From contig JAUXZG010000084.1 in assembly GCA_030694005.1 (NCBI GenBank), forward strand, positions 1 to 61,759: 61,759 nucleotides of DNA, in the 5' to 3' direction. This document shows, one piece after another, positions 52,531 to 61,759 of the stretch. Source of the DNA: Desulfobaccales bacterium (GTDB lineage: Bacteria; Desulfobacterota; Desulfobaccia; Desulfobaccales; 0-14-0-80-60-11). A program made the translations under genes and the position numbers. The notes beneath the pieces were generated by a model. The model saw only the letters and a program-made list of their open reading frames with translations. It was not told the origin of the DNA and ran no database searches. Position 1 is the first letter of the stretch. Every line of letters starts with the position of its first letter.

Positions 52531-55500
52531 TTAACCGGCTGCTTCTTCAGAAAGGGCCTGGTCCACTTGCGCATAGATCTGCTTGTGGCTGAACCCTAAC
52601 AGGGTGATGCATTCCGACGGGCAGGTGGCGGCGCAGGTGCCGCACCCCTTGCACAGGGCCTGGTTCACTTCGGCCACAGCCTCGTCTTCCTTGTAGGTAA
52701 TGGCCCCAAAGGGGCAAACCTCCACGCAGGCCTGGCAGCCCGAGCACAGCATGGGGTCCACAATAGCCACCACGCCCCCGGCCCTAATCGACTCCTGGGA
52801 CAGGATCACCGCGGCCCGGGCCGCCGCGGCCTTGGCCTGGGCGATGGACTCGTCAAGGGGTTTGGGGTAATGGGCCAGGCCGGCGACAAACACCCCTTCG
52901 GTGGCGAAATCCACCGGCCTGAGCTTCATATGGGCCTCCAGGAAGAAGCCTTCGTTGTTCAAGGGCACCTTGAACATCTTGGCCAGCTTTTCCTGGTCCT
53001 TGACAATGATGGCGGAGGCCAGGGTCAGGACCTCCGGGTGGATGCTGATGGGCAGGCGCAGGACATGGTCCAGCACGGTCACCTTAAGCCCGCCGTCCGC
53101 GGTCTGTTCCACCTTGGGCTTGCTGTCCAGGTCAAAGCGGATGAACATGACCCCTTTTTCCCGGGCTTCCTTGTAAAGGTTTTCCCGCAGACCGTAGGTG
53201 CGCATATCCCGATAGAGGATATATACGTCCATGTCCGGGTTGAGCTCTTTGAGCTTGACGGCGCTTTCCACCGAGTGGGTGCAGCACACCCGGCTGCAAT
53301 AGGGCCGCTCCGGCTCCCGGGAGCCCACGCACTGGATGAACACCGCGCTCTTGGCCCCCATGACCAGGGGGTTCTTCTCCCGCATGGCCTGATCCATCTC
53401 CAGGGCGAGAAACACCCGGGGATTTTCTTTGTAGAGATATTCCGTGGGCTTGTAGGGATGGCCGCCGATGGCGATGACCGCGGTGCCGTGCTCCACCGCG
53501 GTGTCCCGCCCCTGGGTGGTGACGGTGGACTTGAAATTGCCCACAAAGCCCGTAACCTCGGTGAGTTCGGAGTTGAGGTGCACCTCGATCTTGGGGTGGT
53601 TGGTCACCCTTTTTACCAACTTGTCCACGAAAGGCTTGATGGCCTCCCCGGTCCAGGCGTGGTTGAGCTCCAAGGCGTGGCCGCCCAAGAAGTCCTTTTT
53701 CTCCACCAGATGCACCTTGAAACCCTGGTCGGCCAACCCGAGGGCCGCTTCCATACCCGCCACGCCGCCACCGATGACCAGGCCGACCTTGGTGATGGGC
53801 AGGCTGAACTCCACCAGGGGCTGCTGCAGGGCCACCTTGGAGACGGACATGCGCACCTGGTCCTTGGCCCTCTTGGTGGCGAGCTCGGGCACGTCCATGT
53901 GGACCCAGGAGCCCTGGTCCCGAATGTTGGCCAGCTCAAAGAGGTATCTGTTCAGCCCGGCTTCTCTCAAGGTCTCCTGGAAGAGGGGTTCGTGGGTGCG
54001 GGGCGTACAGGAAGCCACCACCACCCTATTCAGGTGGTGCTCCTTGATGCGCTCCTTGATAAGCTCCTGGGTGTCCTGGGAGCAGGAGAACAGGTTGTTT
54101 TCCACATACTCCACAAAGGGCAGGGTCTTGGCGTAATCCCGCACCGCCTCCACGTCAATGACCCCGGCGATATTGATGCCGCAGTGGCAGACGAAGACGC
54201 CGATGCGCGGCGGTTCCTGGGAAACATCTCGCTCGGGGAATTCCGGTTTTTTGCGGGCCAGGGAAAAGCGGGCCGCGGTAAGAAGTGCGCTGGCCGCCGA
54301 AGCCGAGGCCGACGCCTCCATCACCGACTGGGGGATGTCCTTGGGTCCCTGGAAGGCGCCGCAGACAAAGACGCCGGGGCGGGAGGTGGACACCGGCGTA
54401 AAGGGCGAGGTCTGGGCAAACTTGTTGGTATTCAGGTCCACGCCCAGGGTGCGGGCCAACTCCATAACATCCGGGGAGGTTTCCAAGCCCACGGACAGGA
54501 CCAACATGTCAAAGACTTCATCCTTGATGTTGCCTTCTTCGTCAATATAGCGGATCTGGACATCGTCCGTGCCCGGCACCGGGTCCACGGTGTGGATGCG
54601 GGAGCGCACGAAGCGGACGCCTTGTTCCTCTTCGGCCCGCCAGTAATATTTCTCAAAGTCCTTCCCCATGGTGCGCATGTCCATGAAGAAGATGGTGGCC
54701 TCCAGGCCGTTCTTGCTGTGCTCCTTGGCGATCACCGCCTCTTTGATGGCATACATGCAGCACACCGCGGAACAGTGGCTGTTGTCGCAGCGATGCAGGT
54801 CCCGGGAGCCCACGCACTGGAGCCAGGCAACCTTCTTGGGTTCCTTGTGGTCCGAGGGCCGCACCAGGTGGCCTTCAAAGGGGCCGGAGGCGGACAGGAT
54901 GCGCTCGAACTCCATACTGGTGACGACATTGGGAAAAGCCGTGTAATGATAGGAGGCGTAAGGGGTGGGATCAAATATCTTGAAGCCCGGGGCCAGGATC
55001 ACCGCGCCCACCTGGATGTCCCGCTCTTTGTCCTGGTCGTCGAAGACCACCGCGCCGGTGGGGCAGAACTTTTCGCAGGCCTTGCATTTGCCGCCCTTCT
55101 TGAAGTAAAGGCAGGTGGCGGCATCAATGGCGTATTTGAGCGGCACCGTCTGGGGATACAGCACATAGGCCGATTTCCGGGGGGCCAGGCCCTGGTTGAA
55201 TTCATCGGGCACCTTTTTGGGGCACTTCTGGGCGCAGATGCCGCAGGCGATGCACTTGGCCGGGTCGATATAGCGGGCCGGCTGCTTCACCTTGACGGTA
55301 AAATTGCCCGGCTCGCCGCTGATCCCCTTAACCTGGGCCGGGGCCAGGATTTCGATGTTCAAATGGCGGCCGCATTCCACCAGCTTGGGGGACAGGATGC
55401 ACATGGAACAGTCGTTGGTGGGGAAGGTCTTGTCCAGCGCGGCCATGACCCCGCCGATGCCGGTTTGCTTCTCCACCACATAGACATAGAAACCGGAGTT

Positions 55501-55593
55501 GGCCAGGTCCAGGGCCGCCTGCACTCCGGCGATGCCCGCGCCCACCACCATCACCGCGCCTACGGGTTTACTTCCCTGCTTTTTTGCGCTCAT
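52531..55593 (-). CDS. hdrA: Large HdrA-like FAD/Fe-S oxidoreductase (two tandem HdrA-type modules, C-terminal 2x[4Fe-4S])
   Basis: 1020-aa ORF with [46 protein letters not shown], a second Rossmann motif (VIGGGVAGMEAALGLADQG), and CSGCQACVEVCP...CKGCGTCAATCP. Confidence 0.9.
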   Translation of the reverse strand: MSAKKQGSKPVGAVMVVGAGIAGVQAALDLANSGFYVYVVEKQTGIGGVMAALDKTFPTNDCSMCILSPKLVECGRHLNIEILAPAQVKGISGEPGNFTVKVKQPARYIDPAKCIACGICAQKCPKKVPDEFNQGLAPRKSAYVLYPQTVPLKYAIDAATCLYFKKGGKCKACEKFCPTGAVVFDDQDKERDIQVGAVILAPGFKIFDPTPYASYHYTAFPNVVTSMEFERILSASGPFEGHLVRPSDHKEPKKVAWLQCVGSRDLHRCDNSHCSAVCCMYAIKEAVIAKEHSKNGLEATIFFMDMRTMGKDFEKYYWRAEEEQGVRFVRSRIHTVDPVPGTDDVQIRYIDEEGNIKDEVFDMLVLSVGLETSPDVMELARTLGVDLNTNKFAQTSPFTPVSTSRPGVFVCGAFQGPKDIPQSVMEASASASAASALLTAARFSLARKKPEFPERDVSQEPPRIGVFVCHCGINIAGVIDVEAVRDYAKTLPFVEYVENNLFSCSQDTQELIKERIKEHHLNRVVVASCTPRTHEPLFQETLREAGLNRYLFELANIRDQGSWVHMDVPELATKRAKDQVRMSVSKVALQQPLVEFSLPITKVGLVIGGGVAGMEAALGLADQGFKVHLVEKKDFLGGHALELNHAWTGEAIKPFVDKLVKRVTNHPKIEVHLNSELTEVTGFVGNFKSTVTTQGRDTAVEHGTAVIAIGGHPYKPTEYLYKENPRVFLALEMDQAMREKNPLVMGAKSAVFIQCVGSREPERPYCSRVCCTHSVESAVKLKELNPDMDVYILYRDMRTYGLRENLYKEAREKGVMFIRFDLDSKPKVEQTADGGLKVTVLDHVLRLPISIHPEVLTLASAIIVKDQEKLAKMFKVPLNNEGFFLEAHMKLRPVDFATEGVFVAGLAHYPKPLDESIAQAKAAAARAAVILSQESIRAGGVVAIVDPMLCSGCQACVEVCPFGAITYKEDEAVAEVNQALCKGCGTCAATCPSECITLLGFSHKQIYAQVDQALSEEAAG

Positions 55594-55844
55594 AGGGCTT
55601 CACCTGCAATTTATGGTTTCTAAACATTAAGTTATGCACATTTTGTGAAAATATCAACAAGAATAGCCGAGCCAATACCTCTCAAGCAAAGCATTTGGCT
55701 ATCGAGCTTTATAGAACAAGGGGGGTTGCCGCGTCAAGAAAAAATCGGGTGCGGCAATTTTGTCTTGGGGCTAATGGGATACCGACAATTTAGTTTTTCC
55801 TGAGAATCCCTAAAAACGGGGCCAGGTAAGGCGCGGCCCCCAAC

Positions 55845-55865
55845 CTCCTCCCCTCAGGGGAGGAG
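55845..55865. repeat. Perfect 9-bp G/C-tract hairpin
   Basis: CTCCTCCCC-tca-GGGGAGGAG. Confidence 0.5.
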
Positions 55866-56029
55866 AAATACCTCGGTCTGTCTTTTAAAGATAAATAAGG
55901 CAAAAGTGGGACGCCAATCTTCGGAACCTTTAGAAAACCGGGGTAACCAAAATTCCCCTTGCCAAGCTTTGGTGAAAGACTTAAAATATACGCAAGTTAA
56001 GGATTTTTTAAAAGAGCCCCACAATTAAG

Positions 56030-56057
56030 TTGACTTTCCCTTTTTCGGCAATATATT
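56030..56057 (+). promoter_or_regulatory. Sigma-70-like promoter
   Basis: TTGACT-N16-TATATT lies about 95 nt upstream of ATG 56155. Confidence 0.5.
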
Positions 56058-56154
56058 ATGCCCGGGAAAGGAGTTTGGCGGCTTTTTCTCGTTTACTCCA
56101 GTGGGGGGGAGGAAAGCCGGGTGTCAACCTTTGCTTGAGAGGAGGAAGGAGAGT

Positions 56155-56496
56155 ATGCGGTCAAAACTGTTGGTTGGGTTGGTATTGGCCCTGGTGGCGG
56201 TGATGTTCATTGTTCCGTGTGCCATGGCTCAAAAGAAAGCGGCTGGTGCCAAGTTGCTCTGTGTCTCCAAGAAGGAGCTAAAGGGGGAAGAGACGGTGGC
56301 CTCTTGCCTGGCCAAGGGTGAACGGTTTGCCGTGCTTGATCCTTATGGCCTGGTACGTATCTTGACCCCGGAGGAAGTGGAGCTGACCAAGGCTTTCAAT
56401 CCCAAAGCCTTCGAGACCCGGGCCTATGGGATGAAGTACGAGAAACTGGCGCCCGCGATGACGCCTTTTGCTGTACCCTTGGAGGCGAGCGAGTAA
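56155..56496 (+). CDS. Small secreted hypothetical protein
   Basis: Track ORF 56101-56496. The start is set at ATG 56155 (GAGGAGGAAGGAG Shine-Dalgarno). Signal peptide: MRSKLLVGLVLALVAVMFIVPCAMA. Confidence 0.6.
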   Translation: MRSKLLVGLVLALVAVMFIVPCAMAQKKAAGAKLLCVSKKELKGEETVASCLAKGERFAVLDPYGLVRILTPEEVELTKAFNPKAFETRAYGMKYEKLAPAMTPFAVPLEASE

Positions 56497-56566
56497 TTAG
56501 CCTGATCTTCCTGATCTGGAGAGGAAATCCCTCCGGATCGGGCAATTTGCGAAACCGTCTGGTTGA

Positions 56567-56597
56567 GCCCTCAAAGCCTGCTTTGGGGGCTTTTTTT
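56567..56597 (+). terminator. Intrinsic terminator 12 nt upstream of the sufC start codon
   Basis: GCCCTCAAAG-cctg-CTTTGGGGGC (one G-U pair) is followed by TTTTTTT. Confidence 0.7.
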
Positions 56598-56608
56598 ATG
56601 GGGTTGCT

Positions 56609-57334
56609 ATGTTAGCCATCGAAGACCTCTGGGTGAATATCGACGACAAAGAAGTGCTCAAGGGCATCCAACTGACGGTCCCCTTAGGGGAGACCCACAT
56701 CCTCTTCGGCAAGAACGGCTCCGGCAAATCGTCTTTGCTTATGACCATCATGGGTTTTAGCCGCTACCAGGTAAAGCAGGGGCGGATCCTCTATAAAGGC
56801 GAGGACATCACCCATCTGCCCACCTATGCCCGGGCCCGTCTGGGTTTGGGCCTGTCCTTCCAGCGCCCGCCCACCATTCGGGGCGTGAAGACTGCCGACA
56901 TCCTCATGGCCTGTGCCCATGGCCGCATCTCCCCCCAGGCCCTGGCCGCGGCCTACGATTTTACCCCCTTCCTGGAGCGGGAAATCAACTATGGTTTTTC
57001 CGGGGGGGAAATCAAGCGCTCGGAACTCATGCAATTACTGGCCCAAGACCCGGAGATGGTGCTCTTGGATGAACCGGAATCCGGGGTGGACCTGGAGAAT
57101 TTGCAGGTGGTGGGGGAGATCATCGGCCGCCTGCTCCAGAAGGACCGCCGCCGTCAGCATCGGGAAAAATCCGGACTGATCATCACCCATACCGGCTTCA
57201 TCATGGACTATGTCAATGCCGATCGGGGTTATATTATGTTCGATGGCCGCCTCCTGTGCCACGGCAATCCCCGGGACATACTCCAGGACATCAAAAATTT
57301 CGGCTACGAGGAGTGCAGCAGATGTCTGAGGTAA
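56609..57334 (+). CDS. sufC: Fe-S cluster assembly ATPase SufC
   Basis: 241-aa ORF with MLAIEDLWVNIDDKEVLKGI, GKNGSGKSSLL (Walker A), the FSGGEIKR signature, and LLDEPESGVD. Confidence 0.9.
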   Translation: MLAIEDLWVNIDDKEVLKGIQLTVPLGETHILFGKNGSGKSSLLMTIMGFSRYQVKQGRILYKGEDITHLPTYARARLGLGLSFQRPPTIRGVKTADILMACAHGRISPQALAAAYDFTPFLEREINYGFSGGEIKRSELMQLLAQDPEMVLLDEPESGVDLENLQVVGEIIGRLLQKDRRRQHREKSGLIITHTGFIMDYVNADRGYIMFDGRLLCHGNPRDILQDIKNFGYEECSRCLR

Positions 57335-58533
57335 AAAAGCGGGCCCAGCTGAGCCGGGATAAAAAAGCCCCCCTGGGGCCGGACCTGGATCTGGCAGACT
57401 TCTCCCGCCACGGAGGGGAGTGGGCCTATGACCCGGATTACCAACACTTCGCCCCGGAGGAGCGGGGCCATCTGCTGAAAGCCGGCATTGAGCTTACCGA
57501 TGAAGACCATGCCGGCACTTTCCTTCAGGCCGACACCAGGGTGGTCCACTGCCAGGCCAACCGGCCCGGGGTGGAAGTGCTGCCCATCACCCAGGCCCTG
57601 GCCACCCACGATTGGGTGGCCCAGCATCTCTGGCAACTGGTGCAGGTGGACGCGGACAAATACACCGCCCGGACCGAGTTGGACCTGGATAACGGCTATT
57701 TTATCCGGGCCTTGCCTCAGGTGAAGGTGGAGCAGCCGGTGGAGGCCTGCCTGTACTTACGCACCGACCGCTTTGCCCAGCATGTCCACAATCTGGTGGT
57801 GGTGGAGCCGGGGGCTCATCTTCATATCATCACCGGCTGCACCACCCATCCCGGGGTGCGCTCGGGCCTGCATATCGGGGTCTCCGAATTTTATGTGCGG
57901 GAAGGTGGGCACCTCACCTTCACCATGGTCCACAACTGGGCCGAAGACATCCATGTGCGGCCCCGCACCGGGGTCCTGGTGGAGGCCGGCGGCACCTTCG
58001 TCTCCAACTATATCCTTTTAAGGCCGGTGAAAACCTTGCAGATGTATCCCACCGTAACCCTGGCCGGGGAGGGGGCCGTGGCCAGCCTAAATTCCATCGT
58101 CATCGCCCATCCCGGGGCCCAGGTGGATATTGGCGGCCGGGTGATCTTGAAGGCCCCGCACAGCCGGGCCGAAATCGTCGCCCGCACCATCACCACCGGC
58201 GGGTTGAGCATCAGCCGGGGCCACCTTATTGGGCTGGCGCCGGACATCAAGGCGCACCTGGAATGCCGGGGGCTGATTCTGGCCCCCACCGGTCAGATTA
58301 TCGCCATCCCGGAACTGGAAGGCCATGTGGCCGGGGTGGACATGTCCCACGAGGCCGCGGTGGGCCGCATTGCCGCCGAGGAGATCGAATACCTCATGGC
58401 CCGGGGCCTGGACGAAGAAGAAGCCGTGTCCACCATCGTCCGGGGTTTCTTGAGGGTCAAGATCGAGGGACTGCCGCCGGGCCTGGAGGAAGAGATCGAA
58501 AATACCATCCAGGAAACCGGCAAGGGGCTGTAA
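57322..58533 (+). CDS. sufB: SufB/SufD family Fe-S assembly protein
   Basis: Track ORF 57256-58533. The start is set at ATG 57322, overlapping the sufC end. The beta-helix-type region has HLHIITGCTTHP...; the C-terminus reads HEAAVGRIAAEEIEYLMARGLDEEEAVSTIVRGF. Confidence 0.85.
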   Translation: MSEVKKRAQLSRDKKAPLGPDLDLADFSRHGGEWAYDPDYQHFAPEERGHLLKAGIELTDEDHAGTFLQADTRVVHCQANRPGVEVLPITQALATHDWVAQHLWQLVQVDADKYTARTELDLDNGYFIRALPQVKVEQPVEACLYLRTDRFAQHVHNLVVVEPGAHLHIITGCTTHPGVRSGLHIGVSEFYVREGGHLTFTMVHNWAEDIHVRPRTGVLVEAGGTFVSNYILLRPVKTLQMYPTVTLAGEGAVASLNSIVIAHPGAQVDIGGRVILKAPHSRAEIVARTITTGGLSISRGHLIGLAPDIKAHLECRGLILAPTGQIIAIPELEGHVAGVDMSHEAAVGRIAAEEIEYLMARGLDEEEAVSTIVRGFLRVKIEGLPPGLEEEIENTIQETGKGL

Positions 58534-58581
58534 AGGCAATTTAAGAGATCTGAAAAAACCCTATGATTTGGTAGTTGCCAT

Positions 58582-58622
58582 GGGTGGCGGCCAGAGACGG
58601 CCGCCCCACCGCTTTGGTTTTT
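58582..58622 (+). terminator. Intrinsic terminator after sufB
   Basis: GGGTGGCGGCC-agagac-GGCCGCCCCACC is followed by GCTTTGGTTTTT. Confidence 0.55.
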
Positions 58623-59047
58623 CAGGTGGGGCGGGCCTCCGTGCCCGTCACCCATATGCACAAATCCCCCATTGTCCGCCCCAAATCCTCGGGCAGCATT
58701 AAAAGCTCATCCGGGGTGGCCAGGAAATGGCTGGCGTGGGGCTGAAAGGCAAAGACAGGCCTGCCCTCCCATTCCGGGGCCACCCCGGGTCCAATTTCCC
58801 TTACCCTCCCCACCACCGCGTAACCGTATTGCAGAGGAAAGGCAAAATTGCCGGCCAGGGCCGGGATGGTCTCATCCTTGGGTAGGTCCAATGGGGCCAG
58901 GCCGCGGTATACCAGCAGCTCGGTGCCGGGGCTGATAGCGGAAATTAAGGTTTGGACCAGCATCTGGCCAAAGGCCGGGGGCGGCAGCGCTTCGGGGGCC
59001 ACGGCCACCTGTTGCGGCCCCATGAAGTAAAGGACCTGCCGCGCCAT
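58622..59047 (-). pseudogene. Truncated zinc-type alcohol dehydrogenase (MDR) gene: GroES-like N-terminal domain only
   Basis: The 141-aa ORF (...LISAISPGTELLVYRG...GYAVVGRVREIGPGV...GRPVFAFQPHASHF) ends inside the sufB terminator. No Rossmann domain follows. Confidence 0.5.
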
Positions 59048-59106
59048 TTATTCTCCCCAGTCCGGCTCGCCCCGCACCACCAGGTCCTCGCCTCCCCTGG
59101 CATAGC

Positions 59107-59754
59107 TTAAGTGGTGCAGGCGGGGAAAGCGCGGCAGATGGGAGGGCCCCCCAGGTGGTCCACCACCCTCAGGCCCCCCACCAGCCAGGGGGCGATGGTC
59201 AGGACCATCTGGTCCACCAGGCGGGAGACGAGAAAACTGGTGATGACCTGGGCGCCGCCTTCCACCATCAGGCTGTGGATGCCCAGGTCGCTTAAAAGCT
59301 TAAGGAGAGAGACCAGATCCACCCAGCCGTCAGCGCTGGGCAGGCGAAAAACCCTGGCTCCGGCGGTCTCCAGGGCTTCCAGGCGCTGGGGGTCCGCCTC
59401 CTGGGCCGTGGCAATCCAGGGGCTGCGACCATGGCGCAACAGTTCGGCGTAAGGGGGAAAACGCAGGCGACTGTCCATAATGACGGTTTGGGGATCTCTG
59501 CCGGCCACCAACCTCACCGTGAGACGCGGATTATCTGCCAACACGGTGCCGATGCCCACCAGGATGGCGTCATGGCAGGCGCGCTGGCTGTGGGTCAAAG
59601 TCATGGACTCAGGCCCGCTTAACGCCAGGGGTCGGCCCGAACGGGCCGCAATGCTGCCGTCCAGGCTCTGGGCATGGCTTAAGGTAACGAATGGGCGGCC
59701 AAGGCGCGGGCCCTGGGGGGCCGCGGATTTCAAGAGGAGGTCGGTGGGGTCCAT
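59107..59754 (-). CDS. RibD C-terminal-type pyrimidine reductase (riboflavin biosynthesis)
   Basis: 215-aa ORF with RPFVTLSHAQSLDGSIA...DAILVGIGTVLADNPRLTVR...LMVEGGAQVITSFL. Confidence 0.82.
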   Translation of the reverse strand: MDPTDLLLKSAAPQGPRLGRPFVTLSHAQSLDGSIAARSGRPLALSGPESMTLTHSQRACHDAILVGIGTVLADNPRLTVRLVAGRDPQTVIMDSRLRFPPYAELLRHGRSPWIATAQEADPQRLEALETAGARVFRLPSADGWVDLVSLLKLLSDLGIHSLMVEGGAQVITSFLVSRLVDQMVLTIAPWLVGGLRVVDHLGGPPICRAFPACTT

Positions 59755-59992
59755 GATTTTGATCTCAGTAGATGTGCAGCCGGGCGAATCTTGCCTTCTC
59801 TTCTAAATCGGTGCAGATGCGCTGGTTTATCTTGTAAATAGGGGCGGATCGGTTGATTGTCAAGGTAGTTGAGGACAGGACCGAGACCAAAGAGGCGACT
59901 AAGGCGGGTCGCGCCTTAATAGCCTCTGGCCCAAGGCCCCATGGGACAGGAGACCATACGCGATTTTTTTACTAGAGGCCGAAAACTTTTGT

Positions 59993-60412
59993 TTACACCC
60001 TTTCCAGTTCATTGAAAAAAAAGGCGATTTCCGCCTGGGCGCTCTCGGGGCTGTCCGAGCCGTGGACGAGGTTTTGCTCCACATCCCGGGCGAAATCGGC
60101 GCGGATGGTGCCCGGCGCGGCCTGGCGGTAATCGGTGGCCCCCATCAAGTCCCGGTTCACCTGGATGGCGTTTTCTCCTGCCAAAATCATGGCCACAATG
60201 GGCCCGGAACTCATGAAGTGGGTAAGACTCACGTAAAACGGCCTCTCCTTATGTACCGCATAAAAGGCCCGGGCCTGGTCCAGGGGGAGATGCACCATCT
60301 TTAAGGCACGAATCTTGAGGCCGTGAGCCTCGAACCGACGGATGACCTCCCCGATTAACCCCCGGGCCACCCCATCGGGCTTGATCATGGATAAAGTCTG
60401 CTCCCATTCCAT
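59993..60412 (-). CDS. ndk: Nucleoside diphosphate kinase
   Basis: 139-aa ORF with [24 protein letters not shown], and NLVHGSDS (active-site His). Confidence 0.95.
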   Translation of the reverse strand: MEWEQTLSMIKPDGVARGLIGEVIRRFEAHGLKIRALKMVHLPLDQARAFYAVHKERPFYVSLTHFMSSGPIVAMILAGENAIQVNRDLMGATDYRQAAPGTIRADFARDVEQNLVHGSDSPESAQAEIAFFFNELERV

Positions 60413-60443
60413 GGCTGACTGGCTCCTTTGTGTTGATGTTTTT

Positions 60444-60636
60444 GGGGGAGGGGGCAGGAGTCGCAGACTCCTGCCCCCTCCCCCAAACCCCCATCCCCAA
60501 CCCCTTAAGGGTTTTATTTAGCCTGAGACGGCGGAGCCAAAGGCCCAGCCTTCTCCGGCTCCCATAAAGGGGGTTGGGAGGGGAGTATGAGGGGAGGGCG
60601 GGGGAACTCTTATAAAAAATTCCCCCGACCCTCCCC
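60444..60636. repeat. Cluster of three G/C-tract palindromic repeats
   Basis: Perfect 19-bp hairpin: GGGGGAGGGGGCAGGAGTC-gca-GACTCCTGCCCCCTCCCCC (60444-60484). Inverted repeat: CCCCATCCCCAACCCCTTAAGGG against AAAGGGGGTTGGGAGGGGAG. Hairpin: GGGGAGGGCGGGGGAA...TTCCCCCGACCCTCCCC (60591-60636). Confidence 0.75.
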
Positions 60637-60659
60637 TCAAGTAACCTCTCACATCTCCT

Positions 60660-61759
60660 TTACCGCTCCTCCCGCCGTTCCACCCTCCCGTAGTGGTCGA
60701 ATTGCAGGGTAAAGGTGCCGCGGCCCTGGGTTAAGGAGCGCAGGGTGGTGGCGTAGCCGAACATTTCGGCCAGGGGGGCCTGGCCGGAGATGAGGCGCAC
60801 CGGCCCCTTGGCCAGCAGTTGTTCCACTTTGCCTTTGCGGGCATTGAGGTCTCCCAGGATCTCGCCGGTGAATTCCTCCGGGGTGATGATCTCCACCTTC
60901 ATGATGGGTTCCAGCAGGTGGGGCTGGGCCTTTGCGAAGCCGTTTTTCAACGCGGTCATGGCGGCGATGCGGAAGGCCATCTCCGTGGCCTGGCCTTCTT
61001 TTACCAGCGCGTCTTTAAGCTCCACGGCGGTATCCAGGGCCGGATGCCCATAGACCGGACCCCCTTCCAGGGCTTCCCTGACCGCCTGGGCCACCATGGG
61101 CACAAAGACCTGGGCGGCATGCTCTTCGGGCAAACGCGAGGTAAAGGAATTGCCGGAGCCCCGGGGGCGGGGAGCCAGGCTGAGTTGGACCTGGCCGAAA
61201 TGGTGCTTGCCGGCCAGTTCCCGGTCAAAGAGGCCAGTTTCCAGGGCGGCGCCGGCGATGGTCTCCCGGTAGACCACCTGGGGGCGGCCGGCCCGCACCC
61301 GCGTATGAAACTCCCTTTCCAAGCGGTGGAGGATCACTTCCAGATGCAGCTCCCCCATACCGGAAAGCAGGGTCTGGCCGGTATCTTCATCGATATGGAT
61401 CTGGAGGCTGGGGTCCTCCTCCGCCACCCGGGTTAAGGCCGGCCCCAGCCGTTCCTGATCGTCCCGGGTCATGGGTTCAATGGCCAGGGAAATCACCGGC
61501 ACATACGAGGAGATGGGTTCCAGGACGATGGGGCTGGCCCGGTTGCACAAAGTGTCGCCGGTGGTGGTGGCTTTCAGCCCCAAAAGGGCGACAATGCTGC
61601 CGGCGTGGGCCTCCTCCAAAGGCTCCCGCTTATTGGCGTGCAAGCGCAGGAGCCGGGTAACCTTTTCCGTGGTCCCTTTTACCGGGTTATAAATTTCCTG
61701 GCCGGATTTTAAGGTGCCGGAGTAAATGCGGACATAGGTGAGGCGCTGGCCCTGGTCCA
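60660..61759 (-). CDS. fusA: Elongation factor G family protein (C-terminal part; the 5' end lies beyond the window)
   Basis: The ORF is open to the window edge. It has GDTLC...VISLAIEPMTRDDQERLGPAL...GMGELHLEVILHRLEREF...VVYRETI. The track ORF starts at an internal Met. Confidence 0.88.
   Translation of the reverse strand, partial: DQGQRLTYVRIYSGTLKSGQEIYNPVKGTTEKVTRLLRLHANKREPLEEAHAGSIVALLGLKATTTGDTLCNRASPIVLEPISSYVPVISLAIEPMTRDDQERLGPALTRVAEEDPSLQIHIDEDTGQTLLSGMGELHLEVILHRLEREFHTRVRAGRPQVVYRETIAGAALETGLFDRELAGKHHFGQVQLSLAPRPRGSGNSFTSRLPEEHAAQVFVPMVAQAVREALEGGPVYGHPALDTAVELKDALVKEGQATEMAFRIAAMTALKNGFAKAQPHLLEPIMKVEIITPEEFTGEILGDLNARKGKVEQLLAKGPVRLISGQAPLAEMFGYATTLRSLTQGRGTFTLQFDHYGRVERREER

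Noticed and set aside
52870-55623. The track lists a 917-aa plus-strand ORF. Many other long ORFs lie antisense to or out of frame with recognised genes (for example 370-966, 2008-2769, 4567-5883, 15513-16706, 24036-25043, 25240-26169, 32495-33511 and 47767-49254).
   Set aside because: They lie opposite genes with unmistakable family motifs. Their sequences are low-complexity and Gly/Arg/Pro/Ala-rich, as is typical of shadow ORFs in GC-rich DNA. They have no recognisable motifs or ribosome-binding sites.
59755-59992. FMN (RFN) riboswitch expected upstream of the ribD-type reductase gene.
   Set aside because: The minus-strand leader lacks the conserved RFN cores (GGGGCAGGGTGAAATTCCC, CCGACAGT, AGTCTGGATG). 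Only generic hairpins are present.

Overview
This is a GC-rich 61.8-kb chromosomal window. Gene content (Hdr/Mvh/Nuo-like flavin and Fe-S modules, selenoproteins, COG1900 homocysteine genes) suggests a strictly anaerobic Desulfobacterota-like bacterium; that is inference only. I support about 50 protein genes (most on the minus strand), 2 tRNAs (Arg-ACG, Leu-CAA), several intrinsic terminators and promoters, and several families of short palindromic intergenic repeats.

Layout:
- 25-6906: a sigma-54-type operon with NuoE/NuoF-like proteins, a 2Fe-2S protein and an HdrA/MvhD fusion, plus a second HdrA-N::NuoE chimera. Its enhancer-binding regulator lies at 7350-9092.
- 10.4-16.7 kb: a c-di-GMP pair (a 1411-aa GGDEF sensor and a receiver-HD-GYP protein).
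- 16.9-19.3 kb: an AT-rich islet (frameshifted csrA-like gene, mucR-like gene).
- 19.3-28.4 kb: a sulfur/Fe-S supercluster (hdrBC, iscU, rrf2, nifS, tusA-like, NIL-ferredoxin, COG1900, nadA, cysE, cysK).
- msrA, then an ECF sigma envelope module.
- 36.9-42.1 kb: a cyclase / binding-protein / cyclase signalling module.
- asnS, a surA-like gene, mfd, then csrA-fliW.
- A large hdrA-mvhD-FeS operon, sufCB, a ribD-type reductase, ndk, and a partial EF-G.

Strongest sequence-level discoveries:
- Two in-frame TGA codons behave as selenocysteine codons: one in an HdrA-like protein (736-738) and one at the catalytic Cys of MsrA (29695-29697). Each has a downstream hairpin, and each splits the gene in the ORF track.
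- Two paralogous class III nucleotide cyclases carry Glu/Ser instead of the ATP-specifying Lys/Asp pair.
- An unusual HdrA/MvhD protein has a winged-helix-like tail.
- A 23-bp perfect palindrome lies between the sulfur operons.

All functional calls come from motif recognition by eye. No database search or folding computation was run.
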